Positions 1-9,708 of a stretch of 64,000 nt of DNA are shown here, piece by piece. Numbering within the stretch: the stretch's first letter is position 1; every line of letters begins with the position of its first letter. The stretch is from a virus. The translations under genes were made by a program, and so were the position numbers. The notes under the pieces are model-generated. The model was not told where the DNA came from. It was given only the letters and a program-made list of their open reading frames with translations, and searched no databases. The DNA lies in the IMG/VR virus record IMGVR_UViG_3300022602_004807, positions 3,753 to 67,752 of that record; one strand, given 5' to 3'.

Positions 1-354
1 TTCGACGACCGAGGTCAGCGACGGGTCAATCAGCGTGTTCGTCTGGACCGCGAGCTGATAGGTCGCCCAGAACTCGGACACGACAGGATCGGTCGAGGTC
101 TTGATCGCAATACGCTCAGCCGGCGTGAAGGCCAGATAGAACTGCATCGGCGTCAGCTTCGGCAGCACCGCCGCAGGGGCGGTGAAGGACGGGACGCCGT
201 TGGTCACGGTGACGGACCAGCCGACATCGACGGGGTTGCTCACGTCGGTCGTATATTCGACGGCACCGGATATCGTGCTTGATACATTCACACCAGCTAC
301 GACCGCACTCGTCGAGATAACCTCGTCATTTAGAACGAAGACTTTCTTCAACAT
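1..354 (-). CDS. Tail-fibre-associated protein (runs off window edge)
   Basis: ATG at 354, open to position 1: MLKKVFVLNDEVIST...VGWSV...KLTPMQFYLAFTPAERIAI...; follows the fibre genes; absent from the ORF track because it is partial. Confidence 0.65.
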   Translation of the reverse strand, partial: MLKKVFVLNDEVISTSAVVAGVNVSSTISGAVEYTTDVSNPVDVGWSVTVTNGVPSFTAPAAVLPKLTPMQFYLAFTPAERIAIKTSTDPVVSEFWATYQLAVQTNTLIDPSLTSVVE

Positions 355-357
355 CGC

Positions 358-603
358 TCATGACTCCAATGTAGATATTGCGGCGTATGTATTAGTGCCC
401 GTGGCAAGCGTTATAGAACTGCCCCCGGCAACAAAAATATGAAATTCGAAGATCGTACTTGTGGAAGACATCGAAACACCGCCGATAGTCATCGTAAGTG
501 AACCGCTGTTACAAAAAGATGAGATCGTCAATTTTGCATCATTATCTGGAACGTATGTGACTGTTGAGCTGACGCCAAGCGCCGCGACGAGACCTGTGGC
601 CAT
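358..603 (-). CDS. Small beta-rich tail-fibre-associated protein
   Basis: 81 aa, AAGGA RBS, Ser/Thr-rich, in fibre operon. Confidence 0.6.
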   Translation of the reverse strand: MATGLVAALGVSSTVTYVPDNDAKLTISSFCNSGSLTMTIGGVSMSSTSTIFEFHIFVAGGSSITLATGTNTYAAISTLES

Positions 604-614
604 TTGACTTATCC

Positions 615-2210
615 TTAGTTGATCGGGCGAGGGTTTGAAACGCCAGCAAGGACCGCGCTACCGCTGAACAATGTTCCGCGATTTCCGCCTCTATGGCTGA
701 AGTTCTTCCCGTTTGATCCGATAATTGTGTTAGTAGGGAACGCGCCTGGACCTTGATTGAACGTGACCATTGTCCCTGCATTTCCAGCAGCCAGCGCCTG
801 TGGCGATACGCCAACAATCGGAGCGGTTAGGTATTTTACTATTCCAAAATACACGCTTGGAGCGCCCGTACTTTGGTTCACGATTCCAAAGCAGAAATCA
901 CCAGCGCTAAAAACGGGGCTCATTGAGCTTACGTTAGCTATGCCTGTGGCAAACAGGTTCAAAAACGTAAGATTATTTGATGTTGAAATTTGATAAACCC
1001 TGAATCCCCCGGTCGTCATTAGAACGACAAACCCGCGTTCAATTATTGCCCCGATTAAAGTCAGTGTCGGCAGTAATGTGGCGACATATCCAGTGCCAGT
1101 TGTTGGTAGATACACCGCACATGCACCAGCACCACTTCCAACACCCGCAATAAGCCAAAATGCAGTGCCATCATTCAGCAGCGTCATCCCTGCTTGGCCC
1201 ATGGTGACAGCAGTGCTTGTTAGCACGCCACCAAACGTCGATGACTTAAAAGCAGACCCTTGAAGGGTGCCAGTATTGCTAAGAACATAAGCTACTGCAC
1301 CATTTGTTCCATCAGCTACTGCAACACAAAAGAACCCAGTCAGAACAGATATAAAAGGCCCATTCGAAGTTCCACCCTGAACCGATGTCGATGTATTGAG
1401 CGTGGTCCACGCTACAGATGTTGCGCCTGCATTTGTCCTGATCGTATAGCTAAGACAATTGGAAACATTCGGTTGCATTGCCGCAATCACGATATTCCCG
1501 TTTGAAATTTGCGCAATATTGAGAGCAGTGAAAGTCGTTGTAGGCGAACTTGATAGCAGCGTCGGCGTGAACGTAACGCTGCCTGTATTTGTATAGATGG
1601 CCAGATAGACACCAGAGGACGTGCCATAGGCCAGCGCGAAGCCGCCACCAGACAGCGCGGTTGCTGTCACGTTCATATTTAGGCTGGGGCTTGATGCGGT
1701 CGTTTGCGCGACGACGACAGTCAAATACTGATCAATGATCGCGAAGTAAACTGTCGCACCACTGCCCTCGGACCATACGACCGCATAGTTTCCGTTTGAT
1801 AGCGGTAGGATGCTTGCATACCAGACGACCGACGAATTTGATGACAAAACAACAGACGTGATCAACGTTCCCGCAGAATTGTATTTTGAAACCCTAAGCC
1901 CAAAATTGCTAGACGCATTCGGAGTAGCGATCAGAACCGAACCGTCTGCAGTATTGCGTACCGCCTCCTGAGTCGTAAAGCTGCCAGCAGGGTTGCTAGC
2001 ACCAGAGGCCGCGCCAAATGAATATGGGACGACCGACTGATTTGAGACAGGCCATGCACCTGCACTCGCAACTGCCGCTGTATCGCTATTTTGCATGCTG
2101 AAAAGCTGCCCAAGCGAATTCTGCACAAGCAGATCATTCGCGTTGATCGCGGAGTTTCCAGCCTTGGCCTGAAGGAGCTGGCCGCCTTTGAGAATGTCTG
2201 ACAGAAGCAT
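615..2210 (-). CDS. Putative receptor-binding/tail fibre protein (beta-propeller-like repeats)
   Basis: 531 aa, Ser/Thr/Gly-rich, repeated (L/I)SNGN(Y/I)-type blades; AT-richer than flanks. Confidence 0.65.
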   Translation of the reverse strand: MLLSDILKGGQLLQAKAGNSAINANDLLVQNSLGQLFSMQNSDTAAVASAGAWPVSNQSVVPYSFGAASGASNPAGSFTTQEAVRNTADGSVLIATPNASSNFGLRVSKYNSAGTLITSVVLSSNSSVVWYASILPLSNGNYAVVWSEGSGATVYFAIIDQYLTVVVAQTTASSPSLNMNVTATALSGGGFALAYGTSSGVYLAIYTNTGSVTFTPTLLSSSPTTTFTALNIAQISNGNIVIAAMQPNVSNCLSYTIRTNAGATSVAWTTLNTSTSVQGGTSNGPFISVLTGFFCVAVADGTNGAVAYVLSNTGTLQGSAFKSSTFGGVLTSTAVTMGQAGMTLLNDGTAFWLIAGVGSGAGACAVYLPTTGTGYVATLLPTLTLIGAIIERGFVVLMTTGGFRVYQISTSNNLTFLNLFATGIANVSSMSPVFSAGDFCFGIVNQSTGAPSVYFGIVKYLTAPIVGVSPQALAAGNAGTMVTFNQGPGAFPTNTIIGSNGKNFSHRGGNRGTLFSGSAVLAGVSNPRPIN

Positions 2211-3815
2211 TTAGAACATCCTGAGATTTGTGCCGTCGAACCACATGAGGAATTCTTCGGCAGGGACGTTGCAGGTAAGAGGGCTTGGCAAGCCGGTCGA
2301 TGTGTAGGGCATCGCCAGCGAATAGGTCGGGAACGCGACGGTGAAGTTGTTGACCGCCCAGCTTCCGGGACCGTCGATGAATATCCATCCAGCGCCTGCA
2401 CTTTGTCCGCTTGCCAGCGTCGCAGTGATCGGCCCTGCCGTCGTGTCGATGATGTAAACGCCGGGGAACAGAGTGCCGCTGGAATTGACGTAAAGACCCT
2501 GCGGAACAGAGAGAGGCCCACCGTCTTGGATCGTGCCTAGACTGTCCGAGAACACCGCGATATGGCCGGACGTCGATGATCCAGTGACGGCTGCGACCTT
2601 GCCCGTGTTTGACGATGCGTTCGCCAAGGCAGCGGTGCCAAGCTCGGTCGATGTCAACTGCCACTGCGTGCCATCATATCGGATGGTGCAGATTTGGTTG
2701 GCGATGATTTCACCGCCGGTCAAGGCTACAGGGCCAGCAGGTCCGTCCTTGTAAACATTCTTGGCACCGAGCCCCGACACGTTGATGGTGAGCGCGGCGG
2801 TATTCGAGAAGCCCGCCTGAAATGACAGCGCGACACCTGCAGCCAAGCCGGATAGAGCGGGCGTAGGTGTGAGCGTCTGAGCATTCGCAGACCCGCCGGA
2901 AACGCCTGCCCACAAGATGCCGACGAAGCCCACCATGATCGGCTGCCAGACGGCCGTCGTCGTGGTTCCGGTCGTGGTGCAGACCCAGAGGACGTTTTCC
3001 GTGATGTCAAAGGCCATGGATGGCGCGCTGACACCAGCCACAGAGGCATTGCCTGAAAGGTGCCCATTCGGGTTGCCGTTGTAGGTTTGGACCAGCGAAA
3101 CGCCGCCGATGGTGTCCGAATAGACCGGCGAAGAATTCAGGCAGCACCATCCAGAGCACGCGCTATTGTACTGCAGGAGGGCTTCGAGCGGCAGCCAATT
3201 GGCAGGCAGACCAGCCACGCCATTGCGGTCATAGATCGTGACAGCGCCCAGGGTTGAGACATTTATGGTCGGGGACGCCGTGCTGTTGGTCGCTGCGAAG
3301 CGCACGCGGATCATGACGCCATCGGTCAGCGACGGAATCGCAACCGGAGGAGATGCGACCCATGCGTTCGTCGGGCCTGATGCGACCGCATAAATGTTGT
3401 AAACAAAGCGAACATCGACCCAGCCGGCGCCACCCGTGTCAGGATTCGTCGTGTTGTTGTCCGTCGTGCAAAGCCAGAAGGTCCCGCTGGAAGTTGCAGA
3501 TTGAACGACCGCGCCCTTCGGATACCCGCTGACAGCTGCCTGAAAGGTCGAGTCATAGGTGACCGGGCCGCCAAGCTGCTGCCACTGGTTCCATGCCGTG
3601 ATGGCGTTCAGCAAGCCGTTGAAGTCGCGACCATCCGGAGGGACGCCGCCGACCAAAGGCGAGCTGAAGGTCAGCGGGGGAAAGCCGTCATTAAAGGACG
3701 CAGCACCCGGCGTCGACATGATCTGGCTTGGATTCGGGACCGTGCGAATATAGCCGCTGCCAGCATTCTGTGCGAATACGAGCGGCATTTTCACCGGGAT
3801 CTGGGAGGCCTGCAT
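2211..3815 (-). CDS. Tail fibre protein
   Basis: N-terminus ASFNDGFPPLTF..GGVPPDGRDFNGLLNAIT..GYPKGAV typical of baseplate-anchoring fibre domains; two internal TINVS(T/G)LGA domains. Confidence 0.85.
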   Translation of the reverse strand: MQASQIPVKMPLVFAQNAGSGYIRTVPNPSQIMSTPGAASFNDGFPPLTFSSPLVGGVPPDGRDFNGLLNAITAWNQWQQLGGPVTYDSTFQAAVSGYPKGAVVQSATSSGTFWLCTTDNNTTNPDTGGAGWVDVRFVYNIYAVASGPTNAWVASPPVAIPSLTDGVMIRVRFAATNSTASPTINVSTLGAVTIYDRNGVAGLPANWLPLEALLQYNSACSGWCCLNSSPVYSDTIGGVSLVQTYNGNPNGHLSGNASVAGVSAPSMAFDITENVLWVCTTTGTTTTAVWQPIMVGFVGILWAGVSGGSANAQTLTPTPALSGLAAGVALSFQAGFSNTAALTINVSGLGAKNVYKDGPAGPVALTGGEIIANQICTIRYDGTQWQLTSTELGTAALANASSNTGKVAAVTGSSTSGHIAVFSDSLGTIQDGGPLSVPQGLYVNSSGTLFPGVYIIDTTAGPITATLASGQSAGAGWIFIDGPGSWAVNNFTVAFPTYSLAMPYTSTGLPSPLTCNVPAEEFLMWFDGTNLRMF

Positions 3816-3824
3816 CTACCGTCC

Positions 3825-4466
3825 TCACGTCTGGATATAGGTGACAGCGACGCCGCTCGGGCGAGGCATCACATTGCTGGTCAGCAGCACCGCGACCTGC
3901 CACGGCTGAAGCGCAAAGTTGAAGACGATGTTGATCGACATATTCTGGTTGTCGACGACATAGACCGTCTGGCCTGGAAACAAGAGCCGGAGGATCAGGT
4001 TGAGTCCTGCGGTCGACCCGTTCCAGATATTTGCCGCAGCCTTCGCCAAAATGAGCGGCAAAAACTGCTGATCTGTGAGAGTGTAATTCGTCAGCAGGAC
4101 CTCACCTGAATACAGCGGTCCTTGGTCGAACGGAGCATAATAGAGAACGCCGCCATTCGAAAAGCCGAAGTAGATCACAGGCTCGATGGGGAGGTTGCGC
4201 TGGACGCCGACGATGCGCCCCCAGACATCAAGGCCATAGCCCTGGGCAGTGAGGACGTTCCAGAGCTCGTCGTACCACGCAGAAAGCCACGGGGTCGCGT
4301 CGAGGTTCTGCGTGAGGTCGTCGATTAGCCCGATGATGACCGGGCTGTTCGCAAATTGCGAAAGGATGGTGTTCCACCAGTTGAAGAGCGAATCCCCGAT
4401 GGCGCTTTCGCCAATCGTGAGGACGCCAATTTCGCCGGGAGGGCCGGGATCGGGCGGGGCTGCCAT
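3825..4466 (-). CDS. Baseplate wedge protein (DUF2612-like)
   Basis: SQFANSP, TAQGYGLDVWGRIVGV, PRPSGV motifs; position after baseplate J. Confidence 0.85.
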   Translation of the reverse strand: MAAPPDPGPPGEIGVLTIGESAIGDSLFNWWNTILSQFANSPVIIGLIDDLTQNLDATPWLSAWYDELWNVLTAQGYGLDVWGRIVGVQRNLPIEPVIYFGFSNGGVLYYAPFDQGPLYSGEVLLTNYTLTDQQFLPLILAKAAANIWNGSTAGLNLILRLLFPGQTVYVVDNQNMSINIVFNFALQPWQVAVLLTSNVMPRPSGVAVTYIQT

Positions 4467-4469
4467 GTC

Positions 4470-5015
4470 TTATCCCTGCACCATTTTGCCGAAGACGGTG
4501 TAAGCCGTATTACCCGTCCGAGCGATGTCGAACCGATAGCGATCAATTGAGTTTGCATGGCCGGCAGATGGGGCAATGTTGCCTTCCCAGATGATGGTGA
4601 CCGAAGCCCCGTCGATCTGCATGCTGGTCATATAGTAGGGTGTTGCGCCGTTCGTGACCCACAAATCAATCTCGATCCTCAGACCGACCTGCAGCGTTGC
4701 GGCCAGCTGCGTGATCGCGGACATCGTAACGTTCAGATTGAAGTTGGCCGTAGCATTGGCTGTCAGGAAAAGGGTCTTCCCGTTGGCGACATAGAGGTTG
4801 ATTGACGACGTCGGGGCAGCCGTCCGAATCTCGAATGTCTCAGCAAAATTCTGAAATGCGACAGCTAATGCGGCGGAGTTTCCCTGAAAGGTGAATGGAA
4901 CATTGAAGACGTTGTTATTCGTATTGAAGTCCATCTTTGACGCGAACGCCGCGTTCCACTGCGCAGCCGTCGGCGTATAGCCGTAAGACCAGTTAGGACT
5001 CGATCCACCGTTCAT
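4470..5015 (-). CDS. Hypothetical virion protein
   Basis: 181 aa, PTAAQWNAAFASKMD N-terminal motif; coupled within baseplate operon. Confidence 0.65.
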   Translation of the reverse strand: MNGGSSPNWSYGYTPTAAQWNAAFASKMDFNTNNNVFNVPFTFQGNSAALAVAFQNFAETFEIRTAAPTSSINLYVANGKTLFLTANATANFNLNVTMSAITQLAATLQVGLRIEIDLWVTNGATPYYMTSMQIDGASVTIIWEGNIAPSAGHANSIDRYRFDIARTGNTAYTVFGKMVQG

Positions 5016-5022
5016 GTCGCCC

Positions 5023-6693
5023 TCAGATGTATGTCACGAAGATTGTGGATGCGGAAACGACTGGCGCCTGATTGATGCCGATCTGGATCTCGGCCTGCGC
5101 CTGCCCATAGCCGGTGATCGTCTCGCTCGAGACCGTCTGGCCAGTCGACACCACATAGGTGCCAGTCCCGCCCGTGCCGGTTCCCAGCCCGGTGATGATC
5201 GTGCCGGCCACCACACCCGTCCCCAGCAGAGCTTGGCCTACAGCCAGGGTGCCGGAGGCGACGGCGGTCACAGTCATCGTGATCCCCGAGATCGAGGCGG
5301 TGAAGGTTGCATCCGCGTTGAGGATGGTCGAGCCAAGCTTGATTGCCAAAACTTGCGCCCATGAGCCAAGGGCTGCGATCGCGGCATAGTAGGAGGACAC
5401 CGTCAGGATGCTTGCGATCGCTGCGCGCGGGCCGCCACTGACCCCCGAGAAGAGGTTGGTGATCGCGGTCTGGATCTGGGCCGTGCCGCCGGAAGGAATT
5501 GCCGGGTTGTTCTTCATCAGGACGCTGAAGAACACCGTCGGGTTGAGCGCCGCCTCATAGGTGATCTGATATGGGATCCCCGGCGGTGGATAGGGTGACG
5601 AGGTGTCATAGGCCGTGACCGTGGTGTTTCCCATCATAGGGGTGCCAGGCGCGCGGCTGGACAGAATAGCCTGCGCGATGGCCGATGACGTGCCGCCAGA
5701 AACCGTGATGTAGATCGAATAGGGGTTGAGAACCACGCCGCCGAAGTTCAGGGCCGCGCTGGTGATGGTCTGCGAGACCGAGACCGTATAGGTGCCCACG
5801 CCACCCGTTCCGGTCCCCAGACCCGTGATGGTGGTTCCAGCGGCGACGCCCGGGCCTGTGACGGCCTGCCCGATCTGGATGAATCCTTGGGGCCCGGGAA
5901 GCGTCGACTGGATCGACGCGACAGTCAGTGTCGTCCCTGAAATTGATGAGACGGCCACGACGTTCGGCAGGCCTGCAGAGTAGGAGTTGCTCGGATTGTC
6001 CATCACGAAGCAATCGAGGACCCCGGATCCATTCTGAGCCGTCGCCAGGATAGCGCCCCGGATCGACGCATTCTGACCGTTCGAATTGACCGCCACCGAT
6101 GCCTGCCGACGAGCCTCAAACTGAGCGCGAGTCTCGACGTTCTGACCCAAGGCCCCTGCGGCAGGATTCGAGATCGAGTCCCAGCCGGGGATCGTCTGAT
6201 AAATGGTCGACAGCGCGCCGGCTGCGCATGGCAGCGGCCCTTGCTGAATGTTGGCGAAGTTGAGGGAGATGGACCCTCCGACCGGGATCGTGCCGCCATC
6301 CACCGCGGCATAGGTGTAGCCGTTGATGTCTTGGGCCAGCGTGCCGCGGGGAATGACCGTCCCGCTGAGGCCGACACAGGTGCAGGCGACAACCGTGGAC
6401 TCGCCGGGAATGCGCGACATGAAATAGATGTTGCCGATGGCGTCCTGCATCCGGCCCGAGGCGAAGGCAGGGTCAACGCCGTTCGCAAGCGCGCAGAACA
6501 GCCCCATGGTGTTGCCGATGGCCGCCGCAAGCGAGGATGCGAGCTGGCCCTGCGGCGTCGTCAGGTTCGTGACGTTGAGCGTGTTGGAGAAGGCCGCATT
6601 GATGTCCTCTAGGACACCCGTCAGGATCGCGCTCTCCGCAGGCGGCTGAAAGCCTGCCGACGTGAATGACGGCTGGGGGACATTGGTCGTCAT
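5023..6693 (-). CDS. Baseplate J-like protein with two inserted ~65-aa modules
   Basis: [38 protein letters not shown] motifs. Confidence 0.9.
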   Translation of the reverse strand: MTTNVPQPSFTSAGFQPPAESAILTGVLEDINAAFSNTLNVTNLTTPQGQLASSLAAAIGNTMGLFCALANGVDPAFASGRMQDAIGNIYFMSRIPGESTVVACTCVGLSGTVIPRGTLAQDINGYTYAAVDGGTIPVGGSISLNFANIQQGPLPCAAGALSTIYQTIPGWDSISNPAAGALGQNVETRAQFEARRQASVAVNSNGQNASIRGAILATAQNGSGVLDCFVMDNPSNSYSAGLPNVVAVSSISGTTLTVASIQSTLPGPQGFIQIGQAVTGPGVAAGTTITGLGTGTGGVGTYTVSVSQTITSAALNFGGVVLNPYSIYITVSGGTSSAIAQAILSSRAPGTPMMGNTTVTAYDTSSPYPPPGIPYQITYEAALNPTVFFSVLMKNNPAIPSGGTAQIQTAITNLFSGVSGGPRAAIASILTVSSYYAAIAALGSWAQVLAIKLGSTILNADATFTASISGITMTVTAVASGTLAVGQALLGTGVVAGTIITGLGTGTGGTGTYVVSTGQTVSSETITGYGQAQAEIQIGINQAPVVSASTIFVTYI

Positions 6694-7043
6694 ATCGTTG
6701 CTACCGCCGTTTGTCCGCTAGAGCTTGTGACCTGGACCTGCCCGATGACATTCCGGTTGATGATCGAGGCGAGGTAGCATTTGGCCGAAACCACACCCGG
6801 GACCGTCAAAGCAGCCGCAGTGAACTTCGACTTCATCAGCGAGATGGGTGGCTGTTTCCCGAGGATTAGAGCCCAATAGGGCACGCCAACCGTGGAGTCG
6901 TACCAGACCTCACCCTTAAACGTCCGGATGGCGCTGGCAGCGTCCTGTGCCAAGGCATAGGGCTCAGCAGCGACAGCGATGTTTCCGGAAGCGTCCGCGA
7001 CCAGATCCCACGTTGTCGGGTTGAGGAACAGCGTCGATGCCAT
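6690..7043 (-). CDS. Baseplate wedge/sheath initiator (gp25-like)
   Basis: WDL..SGNIA..AQD....[14 protein letters not shown] motif; position. Confidence 0.8.
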   Translation of the reverse strand: MASTLFLNPTTWDLVADASGNIAVAAEPYALAQDAASAIRTFKGEVWYDSTVGVPYWALILGKQPPISLMKSKFTAAALTVPGVVSAKCYLASIINRNVIGQVQVTSSSGQTAVATI

Positions 7044-7055
7044 GGACCCGCCTCG

Positions 7056-7322
7056 TTAAGCGCAGAAGGTTTTTGCCGAACCGCCGATGATGGATGCGCC
7101 GCAGCCCGTGGTGCTGCTTGTCCGGGCGACCAAAGCGCCCTCGCATTTGAACTGGCTGGATCCGGTCAGGATGGGGGTGATCCCATGGAACGGAATCGGA
7201 CAGGAGTGCAGGTCTCCAACCCGAGCCACGAGCGCACCCTCGACAGTCGTTCTGGAGGCCGAGGAGATAATGGTCCCACCGTGGTCTGACCCATCCCCCA
7301 ATCGAGCGACAGCATTACCCAT
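7056..7322 (-). CDS. PAAR-domain spike tip protein
   Basis: VARLGD..DHGG, VARVGD.HSCP..HG, VART..TTGCGA repeats. Confidence 0.92.
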   Translation of the reverse strand: MGNAVARLGDGSDHGGTIISSASRTTVEGALVARVGDLHSCPIPFHGITPILTGSSQFKCEGALVARTSSTTGCGASIIGGSAKTFCA

Positions 7323-7887
7323 TGATGTCCACGCTCCCGTTTATCTTCACGTTCGTGGCATTGACCGTGACTGTGGCGGCAGAGGTGACCTGAATGTCGC
7401 CTGGGCTGTTGATCGCGATCTTCCCGCCATTCAGGTTGATGTAGTTCGTCGGCGTGGTCTGCATGGACATCGAGCCCATGTAGATCCCGTCCGCCATGTC
7501 GAAGCGCCGGCGCGATCCCGGCGCAGACTCGGCCCCGTTGTTCGCCTTGAAGCTCGAGATGTCCCGGTGCGGGATGACCATCAGCCCGATGTCACCGACA
7601 ACCGGGTCATTGATGATGACGTTCCCGGAGCCTTGGCCGCGCGTGAACGGAATGCCCTTGATGACGGCGTGCGACGTTGGATTGCCTCCGACGCCATCGA
7701 CCATTTTGATCAGAGGCTGCACATCGACCGTTCCCGGAGGGCCTACGCCACCTCCTGTGACCTTGACGATCTTGACCGGCATTGCGGTTGAGATCCGTCC
7801 GAGCGCCTGGCGAATGAGAAAATTGACGCCGTTTTCTGGGGAGCCGGATTCGGCCGACCCCATGAATGGATTATATGCGTCGCCCAT
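7315..7887 (-). CDS. Baseplate central spike (gpV/Gp138-like)
   Basis: VDVQPL, DPVVGDIG, RDIS, RRFDMADG motifs. Confidence 0.85.
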   Translation of the reverse strand: MGDAYNPFMGSAESGSPENGVNFLIRQALGRISTAMPVKIVKVTGGGVGPPGTVDVQPLIKMVDGVGGNPTSHAVIKGIPFTRGQGSGNVIINDPVVGDIGLMVIPHRDISSFKANNGAESAPGSRRRFDMADGIYMGSMSMQTTPTNYINLNGGKIAINSPGDIQVTSAATVTVNATNVKINGSVDING

Positions 7888-7890
7888 CGG

Positions 7891-8772
7891 TTAACCTGCT
7901 GTTGAGGGGGTCGTGTCTGATGAGGATCCGGCTCGAAGAGCCTTGATCGTCTGGAACCATTGTCCGTGTGGCGTGACCGCATCGAGCGCGTATTGGAGAT
8001 AGTAGATATTCCAATCGCCGCACGCTGGCGTGATGATGCTCTGGATCGTGATCTGCTGCCCGAACTTGATCGAGGGGTTGTAGAGCGTCTTCACGATCAC
8101 GCCGGACTGGTCGAACATCGGTGTGCCGACAAGGCCAGTCTCTGGGGAGATGAGCGCGCTTCCCGCCCTCGCCTGTCCAGCTGGCCAAATTGCGAGCACG
8201 CCATTCTCGATGATGTGCTCGATGCCGGCGTGCTCAACCAGAGAGAGGATTTGAGACCTTGGCGAGCCCCATAGATATGGGTTTGCGAGCTTGATGCTCA
8301 CGCCGTTGTTCTCAAATTTGAGACCGGCAGCGCCTGCAATCTTCTGCGCGATCTGCGCGACATCCGTGGAGCCTTGATAGGACACAGGGTCCGTTGGCAT
8401 AGCGGCTTCTTTCAGCCCGGCCAGTGCCTGCACCCGGAATGCCACCTCCGGCATGTTCTGCGCATCCACGTAGGCATAATTGATGGTGCCGGTGTAGATC
8501 TGGGTGACGCCGCTGTCAGAATCCCCGGCCGAGACCGTGATGGTGTTGTTCCTGACCTGCGTCATCTGCGTGCCAACGGTCGATAGCTGGTTCATGACCG
8601 AAAGAGGCAAACCATAGATTGCCGCGTCCATCTTCCCCATGGTCACGCCGGATACGGTCTCGATCCTGACAGAGGACCGCAGTCCAACCGCGCTATGGCT
8701 GTTACCGCCACCGTCGAATACCCCGGTGCCCATCGAGAAATCGAACTGAAGGATCTTCTGCGAGAAGGACAT
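7891..8772 (-). CDS. Baseplate hub protein
   Basis: Likely start MSFSQKILQFDF at 8772; ISPETGLVGTP motif; position. Confidence 0.8.
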   Translation of the reverse strand: MSFSQKILQFDFSMGTGVFDGGGNSHSAVGLRSSVRIETVSGVTMGKMDAAIYGLPLSVMNQLSTVGTQMTQVRNNTITVSAGDSDSGVTQIYTGTINYAYVDAQNMPEVAFRVQALAGLKEAAMPTDPVSYQGSTDVAQIAQKIAGAAGLKFENNGVSIKLANPYLWGSPRSQILSLVEHAGIEHIIENGVLAIWPAGQARAGSALISPETGLVGTPMFDQSGVIVKTLYNPSIKFGQQITIQSIITPACGDWNIYYLQYALDAVTPHGQWFQTIKALRAGSSSDTTPSTAG

Positions 8773-8773
8773 T

Positions 8774-9088
8774 TCAGTAGATGCCTGAAGGAAGTTCGGA
8801 TGGGGTGAGATAGACCAGCGCAAAACGCGATCCCAAACCCGTGTAGTAGGGATCGCTTGAGCCCTGCGTGTCCCACCAAATGAAATCGCCGGAGTAGCCC
8901 AGATACTGTTTCCGAATGATCGGGTTTGCGTTCTCGCAGATGACACCCGCGACGACCACTGTCCCATTCAGGAGCACATCCATGAAGAGCCCCTGCTCTT
9001 TCTGGTAGATGTTGAATTGCGTCTCCTGACCTGCGAGCAGCGCCAGGAACGTCTGCGATTTGACCGATTTCGTGGGGACCACAAGCAT
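8774..9088 (-). CDS. Small baseplate protein
   Basis: Likely start MLVVPT at 9088; YLGYSGDF.WWDTQG.SDP.Y.GLGSRF.LVY motif. Confidence 0.75.
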   Translation of the reverse strand: MLVVPTKSVKSQTFLALLAGQETQFNIYQKEQGLFMDVLLNGTVVVAGVICENANPIIRKQYLGYSGDFIWWDTQGSSDPYYTGLGSRFALVYLTPSELPSGIY

Positions 9089-9098
9089 GGTTGTCGTC

Positions 9099-9707
9099 CT
9101 ACGCGAAGGCTTGGTTGATCGGGTCGCTGATGTTGGACGGCGCGGCTGTTGGCTGCACCGTGCCGCCATTCACCGGGTCTGCGGCCGCCGGAGATGCCGC
9201 ATTCGACATATCGAACCCGCTGGGGGCTGAGGTTCCCGCGATGCGCACCTCACGAAGCCAGACATCCACGGCCAATAGCTTCACGCCATTGGAAGAGGTG
9301 CGCCGGTAGTCGAAGTGGACCACGTTTGCGTTGGTATAGACCGCCTCGGGCGAAACTACATCGTAGAGGTTCAGGTCTCCGACGATGGCCTCGATGCTCT
9401 GCAGCAGCGCCTGACGGTTGGCGTCAGACCCGCCCGCGACATAGCGCACTCGAACGTCGAATGGCTGATAAACCTTGTCGTAGGAGACAAAGGCCCCGGT
9501 CTCGATGGGATAGTCCGCGACGACGTATTCTTCCTTGTAGGAGAATTCGACGACGGTATCAGCCGAGACGACCGGAGCGCCCCCGGAGAAGATGCCCCAC
9601 TGCGGCCCATAGCCGAGTGAGGCATAGCTGATGGTGTCCTGCGTCAGCAGTGCGCCGGTGAAGTCGCCAATGGCGAACCCCAGCGTCGGAAGGCCGTTGA
9701 TGCCCAT
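9099..9707 (-). CDS. Tail tube initiator/Dit-like baseplate protein
   Basis: DYPIETGAFVSYDKV..PF motif, directly after tape measure. Confidence 0.8.
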   Translation of the reverse strand: MGINGLPTLGFAIGDFTGALLTQDTISYASLGYGPQWGIFSGGAPVVSADTVVEFSYKEEYVVADYPIETGAFVSYDKVYQPFDVRVRYVAGGSDANRQALLQSIEAIVGDLNLYDVVSPEAVYTNANVVHFDYRRTSSNGVKLLAVDVWLREVRIAGTSAPSGFDMSNAASPAAADPVNGGTVQPTAAPSNISDPINQAFA

Positions 9708-9708
9708 C

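Noticed and set aside
7056-7322. PAAR gene as evidence of a T6SS
   Set aside because: Sits next to the phage spike gene; PAAR tips are normal in contractile phage tails
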